This document shows positions 62,850 to 64,000 of a DNA stretch of 64,000 bases, piece after piece. Source of the DNA: Rhizophagus irregularis (Eukaryota); NCBI RefSeq assembly GCF_026210795.1, contig NC_089430.1, positions 620,001-684,000 of the forward strand. The letters run 5' to 3'. Every line of letters begins with the position of its first letter. Within the stretch, counting starts at the first letter, position 1. Under the pieces are notes generated by a model that saw only the letters and a list, made by a program, of their open reading frames with translations, did not search any database and was not told the DNA's origin. Position numbers and translations under genes: made by a program.

Positions 62850-63895
62850 CGAGAATTATCAGCACATTTTGGGATTCAAGCTACATATGAAAAAGTAAAA
62901 GAAAAATATTGGTGGAAGAATATGAAACGAGATGTAGAAAAATATGTAAAAAGTTGTGATAATTGCCAAAGAAGAAATAATCCACAAGGGTTACATGAAT
63001 TACATCCAATAGAAGTAAAAGAACCTTTTCATATGATTGGGATAGATGTGATAGGACCATTACCAAGAACAGAAGAAGGAAATAAATATATAGTAGTAGC
63101 AATAGATTTCTTTACGAAATGGCCAGAAGCAAAAGCAATAAAAGAAGCGAATGCAAAAGAAATATCAAAATTCATTTATGAAGAAATAATTTGTCGACAT
63201 GGTCACATGGATGTCCAAAGAAAATACTTACAGATAATGGATCAGAATTTAATAATCAATTAACTAAAAATCTTACCAAAAAATTTAATGTTCAACATAA
63301 ATTCTCAACTCCTTATCACCCTAAAACAAATGGATTAGTAGAACAATTTAATAAAACATTAATAGAATCATTGGCAAAATTAGTAAAAGAAAAATTAACG
63401 ATATATAGAAATAGAGAATATGAAGATAAAAATTGGGATCAAAGAATAGCACCAATATTGTTTGCATATAGAAGTAAAATACAGAAATCAAGTAAAATGA
63501 CACCATTTTATTTGACTTATGGAAGAAGAGTAATAATACCAAATGATGAAGAAGTTAAAGGAATTACAATGATTAAAAGAATAGAACATATAATAGAAGA
63601 ATTACCAATAAAAAGACATGAAGCAAAGAAGAATATTGAAAAAGCACAAGAACAACAAAAGAAATATCATGACAAAATTGGAAAACAAAAACAAAATTTT
63701 CAAATAGGAGATAAAGTATTATACTTTGATGCAGCAAAATACAAAACACATACAGGAAAACTAGAAGAAAAATGGAAGGGACCATATTATATACATGAAG
63801 TAATAATAAATGAATCGTACAAAATTAAAGAATTAAATGGAAGAATTTTAAGAAGACCACTCAGTGAATGGAGAATTATTAAAAGAATACTTTGA
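62850..63895 (+). pseudogene. Gypsy integrase, frameshifted
   Basis: AHFG...CDNC, IGIDVIGP, TDNG, NGLVE, WKGPY; a short duplication near 63200 shifts the frame. Confidence 0.9.
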
Positions 63896-64000
63896 TAGAG
63901 AAATATTTGAACCATATATAATAATATAATATGTTTGAGACCCGAATTCAATTCTTAATTTATGGGACATAAATTTTTCAAGAGGAGGATAAATGTAATA

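Larger units (their letters stand above)
59820..64000 (+). mobile_element. Internally deleted Ty3/gypsy element, truncated by the window edge; 5' boundary uncertain
   Basis: Acidic ORF1 remnant followed directly by integrase; AAGAGGAGGATAAA PPT (63980-63993) then TGTAATA, the probable 3' LTR start. Confidence 0.75.

Overview
Very AT-rich eukaryotic DNA with spliceosomal introns. The gene and transposon families suggest a Glomeromycotina (Rhizophagus-like) arbuscular mycorrhizal fungus; this is an inference. The main observation is at 27.8-33.2 kb on the minus strand, a region empty in the ORF track. It holds 50 regularly spaced micro-exons (48 of 3 nt, one of 6 nt, one of 1 nt), each framed as AG|exon|GT (one GC donor) and most preceded by a CTAAC-type branch point. 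Spliced in order they join two short 5' exons (ATG at 33203) in frame, without a stop, to a TKL-like protein kinase (predicted 457 aa). The window also contains a nested insertion at 8.2-25.5 kb: a Zator-like DNA transposon carries a 5'-truncated RNase H LINE, which carries a young Ty3/gypsy element of unusual layout; a MITE sits in the transposase. Other content: many MITEs, tandem repeats, a purine minisatellite, a Gln-rich ORF, a second truncated LINE, two tandem F-box/LRR-like paralogues, and an internally deleted gypsy element running off the right edge.
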